A stretch of 63,331 nt of DNA, filler included, from Gonapodya sp. JEL0774 (taxonomy: Eukaryota): assembly GCA_027604505.1 (NCBI GenBank). It is 16 parts of 16 records of this genome, joined end to end, with 100 filler letters (N's around TTAATTAATTAA, not from the genome) between each part and the next. Parts side by side here need not be neighbours in the genome. Positions count along the whole stretch, not along the records: positions 59,487 to 63,331 come from JADIIX010001130.1; 15 more parts are not named here. The stretch is one strand, 5' to 3'. The notes beneath the pieces were generated by a model. It searched no databases, was not told the DNA's origin, and was given only the letters and a program-made list of their open reading frames with translations. The position numbers and the translations under genes are program-made. Shown piece by piece: positions 61,840 to 63,331 of this stretch. Positions within the stretch are counted from its first letter, which is position 1. Each line of letters begins with the position of its first letter.

Positions 61840-62621
61840 TCAGTCATGCTTTGCTTTCTTTTGGGGTGGCTCCTTCATGGTGGGATCGACCGTCTCGTCA
61901 ACACCGCCCATGACTGCCGTCGTTTCCTCTCCTCCTCCAGCAGTGACTCCCTCCACGCCTCCCACACTCTCAATAATGTCGCCAATCTCTGGGAGGATCT
62001 CGGTGGCCGATTCGATCGACCCAGGCGGGAGAGAGCCCCAAAAGGCACGGCCTTCAGCTGCTGCTGATCCCGTGGTAATCGCACCATCGGTGTTGATAGA
62101 AGTAGATTTGGGTGTTGTAGTAGTAGCCCCACCCATTGCCGCGGCCATGTCTGGTTCAGTAGTGGTGGAAGATGTGGTCTCGCCTTTCGCACAAGGTGCG
62201 GGACTGATTTCTGGTTTTTCGTCCGGCTGAACCTCCGCCTCACCGACTGGAAGGTTCTGCTCTGATGGAGCTCCTACGCTGGTTTCCGGAGAGCTCCTGG
62301 TTGTATTCTCCTTGGTTTTGGTCTGCGTTTCGCGTGGTTTGAATATGACGTCAGCTTCTCTTGACTTCCTTTCCACGTCCCCTGAAAGACCAACATCCCG
62401 ATTAGTCCCAGCCAGCAGCGACAGATTTACACGACAGTTGCTATCTCACCCTTCGCACCCGTACTCTTTTCAACTTCTGGCTCTGCGGCTGAAGCTACGT
62501 CACCGTTGGACGCTGCCTTGTGCGGTAGATCTTTAGCCTGAGGAGGACTCGCAGTAACCGTATCCGGAACGGTGACATTTATTTTGGATTTGTGTGACTG
62601 GGATTGCGCTGGGTTGGTCAT
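61840..62621 (-). CDS. Acidic disordered protein with C-terminal NLS-like motif, copy 2
   Basis: MTNPAQSQSHKSKINVTVPD..., one intron, ...EPPQKKAKHD*. Confidence 0.6.
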
Positions 62622-62874
62622 GTTGGTGAAGACGGGTACTGGGGGGTTCTTGAGAGTGATAGCCACTCCTCAAGGAATTCATCAGCATCAATCAATGAAC
62701 GGACTTCACCAAATTAAGCGCGTACTGAGCTTTATATAACGACCCAATTTCTATAAGAGTAGATGGTTATCTATAAATAAATAAGTGAGATTTGCAACCA
62801 AAGTCTTGCAGACATGTTCGATCGCTGCAAACAAAACAGCTGTTGGCCCAAATCTGCTTCTCCCAGCTCCCATA

Positions 62875-63331
62875 TCACTCCGAAGTAAATTCCGTCGATG
62901 TGATTATCGCACCCATTTTCGCTGCCAGATTCGCCCCAATAGTGACCACGATCACCGAAAAGAACACCAAAGTGTAGACGAGGACAATTACTCCATACAT
63001 CCTTCGTCGATCGCCGTTAGTCGGAGGTCGGGACGGAGGCGGCGTGATAACAGAGACGGTGGTAGAAGAGGGGTAAGTGGTTGTGGTCTTTGTTTTCGAT
63101 TGTTTGGCAGGCTCCTTGGTGGTTGTGGAAGAAGGTGACGTGAAAGTCGACAATGGCGTGCTTACGTTGGTGTAGATACGGGTGATTGTTGGAGACGGGG
63201 AATGAACAGTTGTTCTTGTGCTGCTTGAGGAAGTCGTCGTGGATCGTACGACTGAGGTGGTGCGGGGTCGTTGTGTTGATGTGTGGCCATTGGTGGATGT
63301 ACTGAGAAGTTTTTTTGTGAATGTCGTGAAA
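62875..63331 (-). CDS. Ser/Thr-rich cell-surface protein with C-terminal TM helix, 3' part
   Basis: Open frame from the window end; mucin-like S/T stretch, then YGVIVLVYTLVFFSVIVVTIGA. Confidence 0.55.
   Translation of the reverse strand, partial: FTTFTKKLLSTSTNGHTSTQRPRTTSVVRSTTTSSSSTRTTVHSPSPTITRIYTNVSTPLSTFTSPSSTTTKEPAKQSKTKTTTTYPSSTTVSVITPPPSRPPTNGDRRRMYGVIVLVYTLVFFSVIVVTIGANLAAKMGAIITSTEFTSE

Noticed and set aside
1..63331. rRNA, tRNA, CRISPR arrays, intact transposase or reverse transcriptase, prokaryotic defence systems
   Set aside because: None recognised by eye; small ncRNAs such as intronic snoRNAs cannot be excluded without Infernal or tRNAscan.

Overview
This is not one locus. 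The window joins 16 unrelated short contigs (3889 down to 3845 bp, sorted by length) with 100-nt artificial spacers (44 N + TTAATTAATTAA + 44 N). The DNA is from an intron-rich fungus with GTRAGT donors, CTRAC branch sites and YAG acceptors; an early-diverging chytrid/monoblepharid lineage is my inference only. The ORF track therefore fragments or misses most genes, so gene models were spliced by hand. Recognisable genes: two Nu/YfcG-class GSTs, a transmembrane RING-H2 ligase plus a truncated paralog, TUP1, a Yip1-domain protein, two RTA1 proteins, SRP40/Nopp140, a D-lactate dehydrogenase, a 57-aa metallothionein, an Argonaute N-terminus, CPA2, ribosomal P1, an EDEM-type GH47, a divergent BiP-like Hsp70, two ankyrin-like paralogs, an MFSD1-like transporter, a YjjX-type ITP/XTPase and a GFA protein. 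The most interesting items are the three-exon two-domain metallothionein, a long coiled coil with about 13 beta-layer-like motifs, a BiP-like Hsp70 lacking key ATPase residues placed head-to-head with EDEM, several tandem orphan families, and prokaryote-type genes carrying introns. I found no CRISPR array, rRNA, tRNA or intact mobile element, and no multi-gene novel system that the sequence can support.
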